DNA from: Acidobacteriota bacterium
GTDB taxonomy: Bacteria; Acidobacteriota; Blastocatellia; Pyrinomonadales; Pyrinomonadaceae
Reading direction: 5' to 3'
NCBI GenBank assembly: GCA_046734235.1
Contig: JBKPQV010000637.1
Location: 1-41,360, forward strand
DNA length: 41,360 bases
The notes under the pieces are model-generated. The model saw nothing but the letters and a program-made list of their open reading frames with translations, was not told the origin of the DNA and did not search any database. Every line of letters begins with the position of its first letter. Positions within the stretch are counted from its first letter, which is position 1. Position numbers and translations under genes: made by a program. This document shows, piece by piece, positions 8,621 through 18,524 of the stretch.

Positions 8621-8802
8621 CTAAAGCATATCGGACACTTCAAAGCCGACAAGCTGAAGCATATCGGATACATCTGGCTGACAATTCTGGCTTGTATTCC
8701 TGTTCGTTTGCATCTTTAGCGTCAATCAGATTAGAGTCGCTTCTCCGATGCAACCAAGAGCATCTCGATTTGTACTCTGCTGATTTGGTACTAAGGTCAG
8801 GT

Positions 8803-10170
8803 ATGAAAGAAAAGATTCGAATTGCGGCAGGTCAGGGATTTTGGGGCGACTTGCTTGATGCACCGGTTAATCAAGTAGAGGGTGGACCAATTGACTATTT
8901 GATGCTCGATTATCTGGCGGAAGTCACGATGTCGATAATGCAGAAGCAGAAGGCGCGTGATCCAAATGCCGGCTATGCAAAAGATTTTATTCCTTTAATG
9001 AAAAGAATTCTTCCTGCGTGCGTGGAACGAGGCATTCGGGTCACAGCTAATGCTGGTGGCGTTAATGTGCGGGGCTGCGCAGATGCTGTGGTTCAAGTAG
9101 CAAACGAACTTGGACTTGGTGGAAAGCTGCGGATCGGAATCGTAACTGGTGACGACATCATGGGTCGCCTCGATGAATTTCTCAACACTGGAATAGAGCT
9201 GAGAAACATGGATACCGGAGCGCCACTTTCAACTGTTCGTGATCGAATCCAGAGCGCGAATGTCTATTTGGGCGCCGGGCCAATGGTCGAAGCCCTAAAT
9301 AAAGGAGCCCAGGTTGTTGTCACCGGGCGTGCAACCGATACCGGACTTACCCTGGCGCCATTGATGCATGAATTTGGTTGGCAGCCGCACGACTGGGACA
9401 AGATGGCCGCAGGTACCATCGCGGGCCACATCATTGAATGTGGCGCCCAGGCTTCGGGAGGAAATTGTCAGTTTGAGTGGCAAAGCATTCCTGACATGGT
9501 CAACGTTGGGTTTCCTATCGCTGAAGCATTCCCGGATGGGAGTTTTGTAATTACAAAACATGAGGGTACCGGCGGTCGGGTAAATGTCCCTTCCGTAAAA
9601 GAGCAACTGGTTTACGAGATGGGCGATCCACATGAGTACATCACTCCCGACTGCGTCGCCGACTTTACCAGCATTCAGCTCGAACATAACGGCGAAAATC
9701 GGGTGCGAGTGTTTGGCATCAAAGGTCGTCCGGCCACCGACTCATTCAAGGTCTCCATTAGTTATTCAGCCGGGTTCAAGGCAGTGGGGACGCTCGTTTA
9801 TGCGTGGCCAGATGCTTTCGAAAAAGCAAAAGCAGCCGACAATATCTTGAGAGGACGTTTAGAACGACTTGGATTACGATTCGATCAAGTGTTGACCGAA
9901 TATGTGGGTGCTAATGCGACTCACGGAAATCTTGCGGGAACTCCATCCGCTGATGCGCCCGAAGTTCAGTTGCGCGTGGGCGTGCGCGGAAGCGATAAAG
10001 CAGCAGTGGAACGTTTTACAAAAGAGATAGCTCCCTTGATTCTTACCGGGCCTCCTGCGGTTACTGGATTCGCTGGTGGACGGCCGAAGGTCGAGGAGAT
10101 TGTTGCCTATTGGCCCGCGCTTATTCCTAAAGAAGTCATTACTCCGAAGGTTGAGGTGCTCGAGGCATGA
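8803..10170 (+). CDS. atuA: Acyclic terpene utilisation AtuA-family protein (DUF1446), N-terminal large part
   Basis: [43 protein letters not shown] matches the DUF1446/AtuA N-terminal pattern. I chose the ATG at 8803 with an AAGGTCAGG RBS. The listed ORF from 8245 reads through the palindromic element and gives no plausible protein there. Confidence 0.8.
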   Translation: MKEKIRIAAGQGFWGDLLDAPVNQVEGGPIDYLMLDYLAEVTMSIMQKQKARDPNAGYAKDFIPLMKRILPACVERGIRVTANAGGVNVRGCADAVVQVANELGLGGKLRIGIVTGDDIMGRLDEFLNTGIELRNMDTGAPLSTVRDRIQSANVYLGAGPMVEALNKGAQVVVTGRATDTGLTLAPLMHEFGWQPHDWDKMAAGTIAGHIIECGAQASGGNCQFEWQSIPDMVNVGFPIAEAFPDGSFVITKHEGTGGRVNVPSVKEQLVYEMGDPHEYITPDCVADFTSIQLEHNGENRVRVFGIKGRPATDSFKVSISYSAGFKAVGTLVYAWPDAFEKAKAADNILRGRLERLGLRFDQVLTEYVGANATHGNLAGTPSADAPEVQLRVGVRGSDKAAVERFTKEIAPLILTGPPAVTGFAGGRPKVEEIVAYWPALIPKEVITPKVEVLEA

Positions 10171-10511
10171 AAGTTCAACTAGTCAAACTTGCTCATGCGC
10201 GTTCTGGCGACAAAGGCGACACTGCTAACGTGGGCGTAATTGCACTTCGCGATGAGTTTTATCCTATACTTGTTAGAGAGGTGACCGCCGATCGAGTTAA
10301 GCATCATTTTCAGGGAATCTGCAAAGGAGAAGTAGAACGATTTGAGTTGCCTAACCTGGGAGCACTGAATTTTTTGCTCCACGAAAGTCTTGGCGGCGGC
10401 GGCACTCTATCGCTAATGACTGATGCGCAGGGGAAAACCTTTTCCACCGGCCTGTTAAGGATGATCGTTGAAGTACCTGACGACGAGGCACACGCGTTAG
10501 GGCTTGGTTAA
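10167..10511 (+). CDS. Small AtuA-associated protein (corresponds to the C-terminal portion of unsplit AtuA)
   Basis: An ATGA start/stop overlap joins it to the DUF1446 gene. The roughly 110-aa partner protein ([15 protein letters not shown]...) is regularly encoded directly after split AtuA genes. Confidence 0.6.
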   Translation: MKVQLVKLAHARSGDKGDTANVGVIALRDEFYPILVREVTADRVKHHFQGICKGEVERFELPNLGALNFLLHESLGGGGTLSLMTDAQGKTFSTGLLRMIVEVPDDEAHALGLG

Positions 10512-12310
10512 GGTTTAAGCCTTAGTCGATACACTGTAAACGCCCCGCATCGTTCGCCTTCGTTCAATTCGTACCATTTGCTGAGATTCGAATTGCCCAT
10601 TGTTGAATCAGACGGAATCACCGCGTACGTCAATAAATGTCGAGCGGCAGTTGCGCGATCGAAAGAGTTTATATAGTCGCTGTAAAGCCGAACCTCACTG
10701 TTAATTTCCTGCTCAGTAACCGCTCTGAAAGTATTTGCAAAAATGGGGATCTCGCGTTCATAACCAAATAGAGCAACAAATGTGAGATGGTTCCTGGCGG
10801 CCAGCAACTCACTCAAATTCTGTGGAGAGGCGTCCGAGTAATATAGGAACTGGTGGAAGCGCTCTTTGAGTTCGGTTGGCTGGCTGCCCGGAAAGACCCC
10901 CATATGGACCGCCCAGAGTACCGGCTGCGATGAAAGAGTCGGAAACACATCGGCTTGCTCGGATCCGCTCGAGAACACCATACCTCTTTCCTGACCGCTC
11001 ATTGCTTTCACGCGAATAGCGGCAGGAATCGTGGCATCGCGTTGAGCGTTGTCCGCGAGGGCAGCGCGACTGACTCCTGACGCGCTATTAACTCCGTAAG
11101 CAATGCTTAGAATTGCAATCCAAAAGAGCGCACGATCGGAGTTCACAAATCTTGCTAATACCGAATCTTGGAAGAGTATTCGCCAACCTGCAATTCCTGC
11201 AATTAAGACACAATAACTCGTTACGAACTCTTCGTAGTGGAATGGCTGAAGTGAGATTCCAGTGATGAGCTGTTGGTTAAAGACAGCTGGGATCATGAGA
11301 AGTAAAGAGATCATGAACAGGAGTTTCGGATCTTTCAATGACGCACGTCTCAAAAAGAGCAGACGAACCAACACAGCAAGAAGCACAAATGAAAGTACCT
11401 CGGAGGGACGAAACAAATCGAGACTATGTGTATGAGCCAACGCTTGCACCTGATCCGTATTCGTGGCGCGGTGTGAAAGCAAAACGAAGTACGGGATCAA
11501 ACCAGAAATCGTTATGATCCAGGTGATGCCCAGAAAACTGACTGTCCGTCGCCACCCGTCAGGACGGGCAATTAACCATACGAGTGTCAGACAGGTAAGC
11601 CACGCGAGAGCCGCGGTCCATAGATAGAAATAGGAAAAAACGAGAAGGACCAGGATCAAGCCAGAAAATATTGCGCGAACAATGTTTCCCTTATCAGTTT
11701 TCATAACTGTGCCCCAGATGGTGCCGAGTAAAGCTATGAAGAAAGGGAACGGAATGGCGGGAATATACCTGCGCAAAAACGGTAAGTAACCCCAGGCTTC
11801 GGTAGTTTTGAACAGATTTCGAGCTGGTCCTTGCCCGGAGACTAATGTCGCCAGGCAAAGTACGACTAGAACTCCGACAAAGGCCAGGCGGTGATCCTGG
11901 GTCGTTGTGGAAAGTAACCAGAACAACACAAGGGCGGTTGACGCGCCAATCAGTGGCATCAGAATAATGAAGACGGTGGATGCCGATAGTCCGAGAAGAC
12001 GCGCTGGTATCGCGGCTAAATAAGGCGAAACAAACTGGACCGAGAAGAGTGATTCGGGCAGCGGCATGGCGGGAACATCATCGCGACCAGTGTAGGGATC
12101 GTTGCGACGTGGCCGACCGTCAATCAATGCTTGTAAGTAAGCTGAGTACGCGACCTCATCAGTATCGAAATAGGCGTAAACCCCCTCAGTAGTTTTCCCC
12201 AGATGAATCCATAAGTGAAGTTGTGGGTAGAGCGATAGTAGTGTGATCGCAAGAGCAGCAAGCGCACCCCACTTCCATTTCGTAACTGTAGTCTGAGACA
12301 GATGTTCCAT
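10508..12310 (-). CDS. Polytopic membrane protein, GT-C-like candidate glycosyltransferase (paralog C)
   Basis: It has at least 10 predicted TM segments. After TM1 a conserved loop reads DTDEVAYSAYLQALIDGRPRRNDPYTGRDD. The C-terminal soluble domain ends TVYRLRLKP. It is a paralog of 13823-15676 and 15707-17524. Confidence 0.7.
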   Translation of the reverse strand: MEHLSQTTVTKWKWGALAALAITLLSLYPQLHLWIHLGKTTEGVYAYFDTDEVAYSAYLQALIDGRPRRNDPYTGRDDVPAMPLPESLFSVQFVSPYLAAIPARLLGLSASTVFIILMPLIGASTALVLFWLLSTTTQDHRLAFVGVLVVLCLATLVSGQGPARNLFKTTEAWGYLPFLRRYIPAIPFPFFIALLGTIWGTVMKTDKGNIVRAIFSGLILVLLVFSYFYLWTAALAWLTCLTLVWLIARPDGWRRTVSFLGITWIITISGLIPYFVLLSHRATNTDQVQALAHTHSLDLFRPSEVLSFVLLAVLVRLLFLRRASLKDPKLLFMISLLLMIPAVFNQQLITGISLQPFHYEEFVTSYCVLIAGIAGWRILFQDSVLARFVNSDRALFWIAILSIAYGVNSASGVSRAALADNAQRDATIPAAIRVKAMSGQERGMVFSSGSEQADVFPTLSSQPVLWAVHMGVFPGSQPTELKERFHQFLYYSDASPQNLSELLAARNHLTFVALFGYEREIPIFANTFRAVTEQEINSEVRLYSDYINSFDRATAARHLLTYAVIPSDSTMGNSNLSKWYELNEGERCGAFTVYRLRLKP

Positions 12311-12326
12311 CGCTTAAAAAAAGGAT

Positions 12327-13814
12327 TTAGTTTCTTGCAAATACCACAGCTTGCTGGTCTTCAAAGACGGTGCGCCATCCTTGATCTGCTCGAAGCAGAG
12401 TAGAAAGCGAGGAGTTGGGTTGGATTAATACTGTTTGAATACCCAGGCGATCGAGCTCTTCTCGCCAACCTCGCTCACCTCCATACGTGTTGAGATATTC
12501 GGAAATAAAGGCATCGCCATACACATCTGCTCTACCGTCAATGAAGACCTTTCTTCCTGGATGTAGTTTCCAGATTAGATAACCGCCCCAATTGTAGTCA
12601 TTGAAAATTGGACCAGGAGTTTCCGTCTTCTCGATGAACTCGATTGCTGCTAATGGAAATTTTTGTGCTTCATAAGATCTTACGTTTGCATTGAAGTTGC
12701 CCACTCTCTGTAGGATTAAGAATGTCGGCAAAATCAGTAACGATAAAGTGAGAATGATCTTTGGGCCGGTCGCCGTTGTCGATCGTAAGGTAATCGGACT
12801 ATTAGTTTGACTGCTGAACCAATGCGCCAAATATTTCGCTAAGAGTGGCGCCGCGAAGATAGCAAAGATGGGAATGTGTCTGCCCGATCGCAACGCGACA
12901 AACGATAGAGCAGCTAGCGCAAACAATTCTCCCAACCGTGGCCTAATTGGAGACAGAGCCATCACCGAGAACGTTGCCAGCATGAGTGCGGCAAGCGGGA
13001 GAAACCGAAGCTGATGGAAATCGGGGGACAACCATTCCTGGATAAAGTTTTGCATTCCCGGAGCCGAAAGAGTTTCAAACGGATAGCTGAACATTCGAAA
13101 CCCATTCGGGTTAAACGGAACGACCGCAAGACAAATGCTGAAGACCAATAGCAGTGTCCAAATTCTTTTCCATTCCTTATCCAATCCAGCCATTAGGACA
13201 AAAAGCAGAATTAGAGCGAGGCCCAATGCAAAACCTGCATGTAGGTTTACCCAAAGAAGCATCAACGGTGGCAATAACCACACGTTACGTCGCATGCCGT
13301 GGTAGACGTAGCCATCCAGTAGCAGGATAAAAATGCTAGCCAAAAGCAGCGTGAACATTTGAGGTCGAAAGCCAAAAAGAGATGCCGAAGTTGCCGTCGC
13401 TAAGACAACGGAAAATGCGGCGATGAATGGCTTGCCTTCGCACCGTCGATAACAAATTCCCAAAGCGGCAGCGATAGTTGTACCAAAAAGCAGAAAGAGA
13501 CCGATCCAGCCCCCTACTCGGAACACTCCGTACATGATTACTTCTGACAACCATTCGTGCGTAATCCATTCCGCACCGGCACGGGTAAATGAAAATGGAT
13601 CGACATGCGGGATGCTTTTGAGTTGCAGGATGTATTGTCCGGCTTTCAAGTGCCACCAGAAGTCCCAGTCAATACTGCTGCACTGACGCACGGCGAGAGA
13701 AAATACAGATAACAGAAAAGCCCAAACGAACACGCGTCGCAAAGTAAAATGCATAAGGAAAGAAGTACCCTCAGGCAAACTGACCGTATTAATATCTTTG
13801 ACCTCAACGTGCAT
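12327..13814 (-). CDS. Polytopic membrane protein (different family; possible GT-C/polymerase-like)
   Basis: It has about 12 TM segments. The first loop reads SIDWDFWWHLKAGQYIL...WITHEWLSE, with a WVNLHAGF motif. The C-terminal soluble domain reads NDYNWGGYLIW...FIDGRADVYG. Confidence 0.65.
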   Translation of the reverse strand: MHVEVKDINTVSLPEGTSFLMHFTLRRVFVWAFLLSVFSLAVRQCSSIDWDFWWHLKAGQYILQLKSIPHVDPFSFTRAGAEWITHEWLSEVIMYGVFRVGGWIGLFLLFGTTIAAALGICYRRCEGKPFIAAFSVVLATATSASLFGFRPQMFTLLLASIFILLLDGYVYHGMRRNVWLLPPLMLLWVNLHAGFALGLALILLFVLMAGLDKEWKRIWTLLLVFSICLAVVPFNPNGFRMFSYPFETLSAPGMQNFIQEWLSPDFHQLRFLPLAALMLATFSVMALSPIRPRLGELFALAALSFVALRSGRHIPIFAIFAAPLLAKYLAHWFSSQTNSPITLRSTTATGPKIILTLSLLILPTFLILQRVGNFNANVRSYEAQKFPLAAIEFIEKTETPGPIFNDYNWGGYLIWKLHPGRKVFIDGRADVYGDAFISEYLNTYGGERGWREELDRLGIQTVLIQPNSSLSTLLRADQGWRTVFEDQQAVVFARN

Positions 13815-13822
13815 TGTTTCTT

Positions 13823-15676
13823 CTAAAAGGCGTTTCGTTGGGAAATTACACTGCTAGTTTCTGGCCTAAGTCGCACTCGATAGAGTATGTATCCGTCTAC
13901 TTTTTCTCCGTGATCCCGTTCGTACCAACGGTCTAAATTTGTGAGGTCCGGCCCTCCCTCAACCGGAACAATGACGTACGAGAGAATGTGCTGAAGAGCG
14001 TGGTCGCGCGAGAATGATGAGTAAAAGCTTTTGTATTCCGCCACCTGCCCTGCGATCTCGTCATCGGTAATAGGTTTCGGCTTTACAGCGAGGTCAGGAA
14101 TGACTCGTTCGTGACCAAATGCTGCGGCGGCAACCGTACTCATCGGTTCGCGGAGGTCTTTGGTTAATTTATTTTCGTCAACACCCGTGTAATACAAATA
14201 CTCATAGAATCGTTGGCGGCTCTCTCCTGGCCGAAGATTCAAGAAGTCGAAGTGTGGTGCCCAAAGGACAGCCTGAGGGGCAAACGTTGGCAAGATGACT
14301 GCGATCTTGTTATCCGAGGCCAACACCAAAGGAACTGGATCCGAGTTCGAGCTTGTGGTAGGCGCGTCAGCCTGTCCCCTTTCGCGCAATCGCTGACAGA
14401 CGCCTGCTGCGCGATCTATGAAAAGGTTGTCCTTCTTTATCACCGTTGTCGGTGCCATGATCTCGAGCGCCGCCCACCAAAACGAGGCAAAGACAATCCA
14501 GCCCACAACCCGATATCGAATTTTCCAAGCGGTCCCTTCACGTCCTCGCCAGATGATGACGCTCGCGACTATCAGTGATACGAGAGATAAGTAATTAGCG
14601 ATGAAAGACTCATAGTGAAAGGGTTGTAGGGAGCGGCCCGTAACTACCTGCTGGTTGAATACAGCAAAAGACATCAGTGCAAGGGACGCAGTGAAGACGC
14701 ATTCAGGTGCTCGCCAATTTATCCTTCCTCGCAGATGGGCCAGGACAATCATAAGGACGACGAACGCCCCAATGACCTCGGGGACACGAAAGAGATCGGG
14801 TGCATGCGAGATAGTCAATTTCTGTCCGGCGTCCATCGTTGCAGAACGATTTGAAAGAAGGATGAGGTACGGAATGAGGCCTGCCAGGGTTAGTGAGATG
14901 ATTATTAGAAACGGACTCGAGAGCTTTCTTAGGTTACCTCGATCGGCAATAACTAAGAGTATTACCAGGCACGCAAGCCAGGCTACGGCACTGGTCCATA
15001 GAAAGAAATAAGAGAAGATCAGCAGAACGAGAGTGAGACCTGCAGCGGTAGCCCAACGCCGAGCGTGCATCGCTTCGTTTTGTAGTGATTTCCAGACAAA
15101 CGTGCAGAATAGAAAGAACAACGGAAACGGAGCCGATGGTTCAAATCTTCGAAGGAAAGGAATAAAGGAATACTGATACCCTGAGACAAGTAGATGGATT
15201 ATTCCCTCTCCTGCAGCGAGGCCTCCCAGGCACAACACAACGACTGATCCCGCCGCTGCTAGATTATTCTCGTGAGTTAGATTGAATATGAGCCAGTAGA
15301 TCCCCAGGCAGGCAAGGAAGGGCGCTAGAATACTTAAGATTATGAATGCTGTAGACGACGAGAGGCCTAACAGTTTCGCTGGAGCCGCAATCAGGTATCC
15401 AGGCACGAACTGAATTGAGAAGAGAGACTCCGGCTGAGGATCACCAGGTCGATCATCACGTCCGGTGTAGGGATCATTGCGACGTGGTCTGCCATCGATT
15501 AGAGCCTGAATGTAGGCCGAATAGACCCACTCGTCGCCATGGATCTCTGCGTAAGTGCCGTTCCATTCGCGGCCTCTGGAACTCCACATTAATAGTTGCG
15601 GATACAATGACAGCACAGTCATCGCGATCGCGCCCCATACCATGAATTTCCAGTCTTTCCTCTTTTCAGTTTGCAT
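13823..15676 (-). CDS. Polytopic membrane protein, GT-C-like candidate glycosyltransferase (paralog B)
   Basis: The loop after TM1 is HGDEWVYSAYIQALIDGRPRRNDPYTGRDD. By eye it is about two-thirds identical to the 15707-17524 product. The C-terminus reads ILYRVRLRP. Confidence 0.7.
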   Translation of the reverse strand: MQTEKRKDWKFMVWGAIAMTVLSLYPQLLMWSSRGREWNGTYAEIHGDEWVYSAYIQALIDGRPRRNDPYTGRDDRPGDPQPESLFSIQFVPGYLIAAPAKLLGLSSSTAFIILSILAPFLACLGIYWLIFNLTHENNLAAAGSVVVLCLGGLAAGEGIIHLLVSGYQYSFIPFLRRFEPSAPFPLFFLFCTFVWKSLQNEAMHARRWATAAGLTLVLLIFSYFFLWTSAVAWLACLVILLVIADRGNLRKLSSPFLIIISLTLAGLIPYLILLSNRSATMDAGQKLTISHAPDLFRVPEVIGAFVVLMIVLAHLRGRINWRAPECVFTASLALMSFAVFNQQVVTGRSLQPFHYESFIANYLSLVSLIVASVIIWRGREGTAWKIRYRVVGWIVFASFWWAALEIMAPTTVIKKDNLFIDRAAGVCQRLRERGQADAPTTSSNSDPVPLVLASDNKIAVILPTFAPQAVLWAPHFDFLNLRPGESRQRFYEYLYYTGVDENKLTKDLREPMSTVAAAAFGHERVIPDLAVKPKPITDDEIAGQVAEYKSFYSSFSRDHALQHILSYVIVPVEGGPDLTNLDRWYERDHGEKVDGYILYRVRLRPETSSVISQRNAF

Positions 15677-15706
15677 AAGCTCGAATTCGATTTCAGGAAG
15701 AAAATG

Positions 15707-17524
15707 TTACGACCTCAGCCGTACACGATAGAGTCGGTAGTCGCCGATAGTTTCACCAGAGTCGCGCTCATACCATTGATCCAGGTTGGAAAAATTCACG
15801 TTGCCCTGAGTGGGCACAATGACGTACGACACTGGATGAAGATTGGCTTGCGAGTGGGTAAATGATGAAAGGTAGGATTGGTAGCGGCTCACCTCATGCT
15901 CGATGTCCTCACTCGTAATTGGTCTCGCGTTCACTGCGAGATCAGGTAACACTCGCTCGTGACCGAAGGCAGCGGCGGCAATATTTCCCATGGGTTTGCC
16001 TAGCTCAGCTTTGAACTGGGTTGCATCTACGCCAGAGTAGTAAAGAAACTGGTAAAAGCGTTCCCGACTTTCGCCAGCACCAAGATGCAAGAGATCAAAA
16101 TTCGGCGCCCAAAAAATAGCTTGTGGTGCGAAAGTAGGTAGCATCATCGACACTCGGTTATCAGTCGCTAAAACAAGTGGCCTCGGATCCGGTCCAATCT
16201 TCCCCGGCGCAACATCATTGTTAGATAGTTCGCGAAGTCGTTCACCTACGGCTGCTACACGATCGATGAACTGACTGTCCTTTCTGATGAACTGACTGGG
16301 GATGACTACAACCTCCAGACCGCCCCACAGAAGGGCGACAGCGATTAGACGTTTGGCAAGAACGTAAGGCATTGTCGCGCGTTCACTATTTACCGAACGC
16401 CAGAGTGTGATCACTGTTACGAATGCACCTACAAGCGCGATGTAATTCGCAATGAATGACTCATAGTGAAAAGGCTGCAGTGACCGTCCGGTAATGACTT
16501 GCTGGTTAAAAACCGCAAATGGCAGGAGGGCAAACGACGAAGCAAATAGAATTTCCGGGGCTCGCCAGTTAATCTTTCTGCGAATAGCACCATAAGTTAC
16601 GAGTGCGAGGACGGCGATTCCAAGAAACTCGGGCGCGCGAAGGAAATCTGGCGCATGCGTAAGTGCCAACTTTTGTCCGCTGTCCATTGTGGTCGAGCGG
16701 CGGGTTAGGAGAAGAGCGTAGGGTACCAAACCAACAATCGCGAGCAATAGGATTGGAACGAAGGTAGCAGCATCCTTTCTGACCTGTTTGGGATAGGCGA
16801 TGAACCAAAGAAATACTAAGCATGCGAGCCACGCGATTGCGCTTGTCCAAAGGTAAAAGTACGAGAAGACAAGCGCGTCCAGTACAACACCTGCGGCAAA
16901 TGCCCAGGCAAGCCTATGACGTTGTGCTTTCAGAGATTTCCAAACAAGCGCGCAGAATACAAAGAAGAGCGGAAAGACGGCGCCAGGTTCATACCTCCTT
17001 AAGAACGGAAGGAACGCATACTGAACGCTGGAACTAAGCAGGTGGATTGCACCCTCTCCGCCAGCGAGGGCACCGAAACATAGAACAACTATTGAACCTG
17101 CTGCTGCGAGCCGATGGTCGTTTACTAAATTCTGAATAAGCCAAAATAAGGCAAGGCACGAAAACAAAGGTGCCAGGATTCCCAAAACTATGAATGCCGT
17201 GGATGAAGAGACTCCGAACAGCTGAGCTGGTTTCGCGATCAAATAGGCTGGCACAAACTGAATCGAAAAGAGCGACTCAGGTTGTGGGTTTCCCGGAAGA
17301 TCATCGCGGCCAGTATACGGGTCATTGCGACGGGGCCGACCATCTATCAGTGCCTGGATATATGCGGAGTAGAACCACTCGTCGCCGTGCAGTTGCGCGT
17401 ATGAACCATTCCACTCTCGACCTCGAGTACTCCACATAAGAAACTGTGGGTAGAGTGAAAGCAACGTCACCGCAATTGCTGCCCATATGGCCCACCTGCA
17501 TTTTACTAACTCTGGATGGTTCAT
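15707..17524 (-). CDS. Polytopic membrane protein, GT-C-like candidate glycosyltransferase (paralog A)
   Basis: It has the same architecture and motifs: HGDEWFYSAYIQALIDGRPRRNDPYTGRDD, FNQQVITGRSLQPFHYESFIANY, and C-terminal RLYRVRLRS. Confidence 0.7.
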   Translation of the reverse strand: MNHPELVKCRWAIWAAIAVTLLSLYPQFLMWSTRGREWNGSYAQLHGDEWFYSAYIQALIDGRPRRNDPYTGRDDLPGNPQPESLFSIQFVPAYLIAKPAQLFGVSSSTAFIVLGILAPLFSCLALFWLIQNLVNDHRLAAAGSIVVLCFGALAGGEGAIHLLSSSVQYAFLPFLRRYEPGAVFPLFFVFCALVWKSLKAQRHRLAWAFAAGVVLDALVFSYFYLWTSAIAWLACLVFLWFIAYPKQVRKDAATFVPILLLAIVGLVPYALLLTRRSTTMDSGQKLALTHAPDFLRAPEFLGIAVLALVTYGAIRRKINWRAPEILFASSFALLPFAVFNQQVITGRSLQPFHYESFIANYIALVGAFVTVITLWRSVNSERATMPYVLAKRLIAVALLWGGLEVVVIPSQFIRKDSQFIDRVAAVGERLRELSNNDVAPGKIGPDPRPLVLATDNRVSMMLPTFAPQAIFWAPNFDLLHLGAGESRERFYQFLYYSGVDATQFKAELGKPMGNIAAAAFGHERVLPDLAVNARPITSEDIEHEVSRYQSYLSSFTHSQANLHPVSYVIVPTQGNVNFSNLDQWYERDSGETIGDYRLYRVRLRS

Positions 17525-17625
17525 TACTTCAGAAACAGAGACTCAAAAATTCTGAGACGACTTATTCCTTGCTGGAACGGCTCAAACTAAGAGTTGGAGA
17601 GTGACTTGCGCTCAGCTAATTTCTA

Positions 17626-18327
17626 TTAATAGATCCCTGGAATGAGACGCGCGGTCGTTGATTTGTATTCTTGATATTCGGGAAATGCCTGTTCAAGAAC
17701 GGATTCTTCATTTCTTATTCTTTGTAGCTGAATGAATATGTGTGCTACGAAGATCAGTGCCGTGTAGACTGAGAGAAACTGGATGAGTACTCCCAGGGCG
17801 GCGACTTCCTCAAAGAGATAAAGAGGATGTCTGACTATGCGATACGGTCCCGTAGTCACCAGGCGTCTAGCCTCGGCCATCAGGCTGAACGACCGACCAA
17901 GATGTGCAAGGGAAATCGTTGAGAGTGCGGTTCCCAGGAGACTTGCGACACTCGCAAGAATAATTTCAGCTAATGACAGGTCAGCGCGTGGGAAAAGCGT
18001 GACGAGCGAAACAAAGAAGGTTCCTGCTATCGCCATAATTCTGGGCATGAGTCGGTTAATCTTTTGCACAGGTTCCAATCGAACGAGGAACAGAATTGTC
18101 ATAAGCGATACGAAGCAGATGGTGGAAGACCTGGACACCACGTCGGCCACATATTTCCAAGAGGCACGGTCATTTCCACTTTGATGGTGGCGAACAAAGT
18201 TGATCAGATCTACAACCTTGAGCATTACAACGAGAAGAAAGAAGGTCGCGGGAACGATTCGGCTAATCAATTCCAAAAGCTTGACGCGCTTCTGCTGTCT
18301 TGAGCTATAAACATCCTGAGATTCCAT
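17626..18327 (-). CDS. Membrane methyltransferase, isoprenylcysteine carboxyl methyltransferase (ICMT)/PEMT family
   Basis: It has multiple TM helices, and the C-terminal motif LVTTGPYRIVRHPLYLFEEVAALG is characteristic of the ICMT/PEMT superfamily. Confidence 0.7.
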   Translation of the reverse strand: MESQDVYSSRQQKRVKLLELISRIVPATFFLLVVMLKVVDLINFVRHHQSGNDRASWKYVADVVSRSSTICFVSLMTILFLVRLEPVQKINRLMPRIMAIAGTFFVSLVTLFPRADLSLAEIILASVASLLGTALSTISLAHLGRSFSLMAEARRLVTTGPYRIVRHPLYLFEEVAALGVLIQFLSVYTALIFVAHIFIQLQRIRNEESVLEQAFPEYQEYKSTTARLIPGIY

Positions 18328-18524
18328 GCTGGCCTTCCTTCGTGCTGTTTATGCGAGTGAAGTGGTGAGTCGGGACGGGGTGCGCTGTAGTCAGCCACTG
18401 CCCTATAGTATCGCATTTGTTAATCCCGTGCCAACCATGTTTATCAGTGAAATACTTAAGGAAATGACTGAAAACTGGGCGGGGTTTCAAATACGGGCTA
18501 TTCGATTGTCTAGTAGGAGAAAAA

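Noticed and set aside
8245-8802. N-terminal 186-codon extension of the AtuA ORF (listed as 641 aa)
   Set aside because: It reads straight through the palindromic MITE-like element and gives mirror-image peptide segments with no protein-like features. AtuA homology begins at [13 protein letters not shown] (8803), which has its own RBS.
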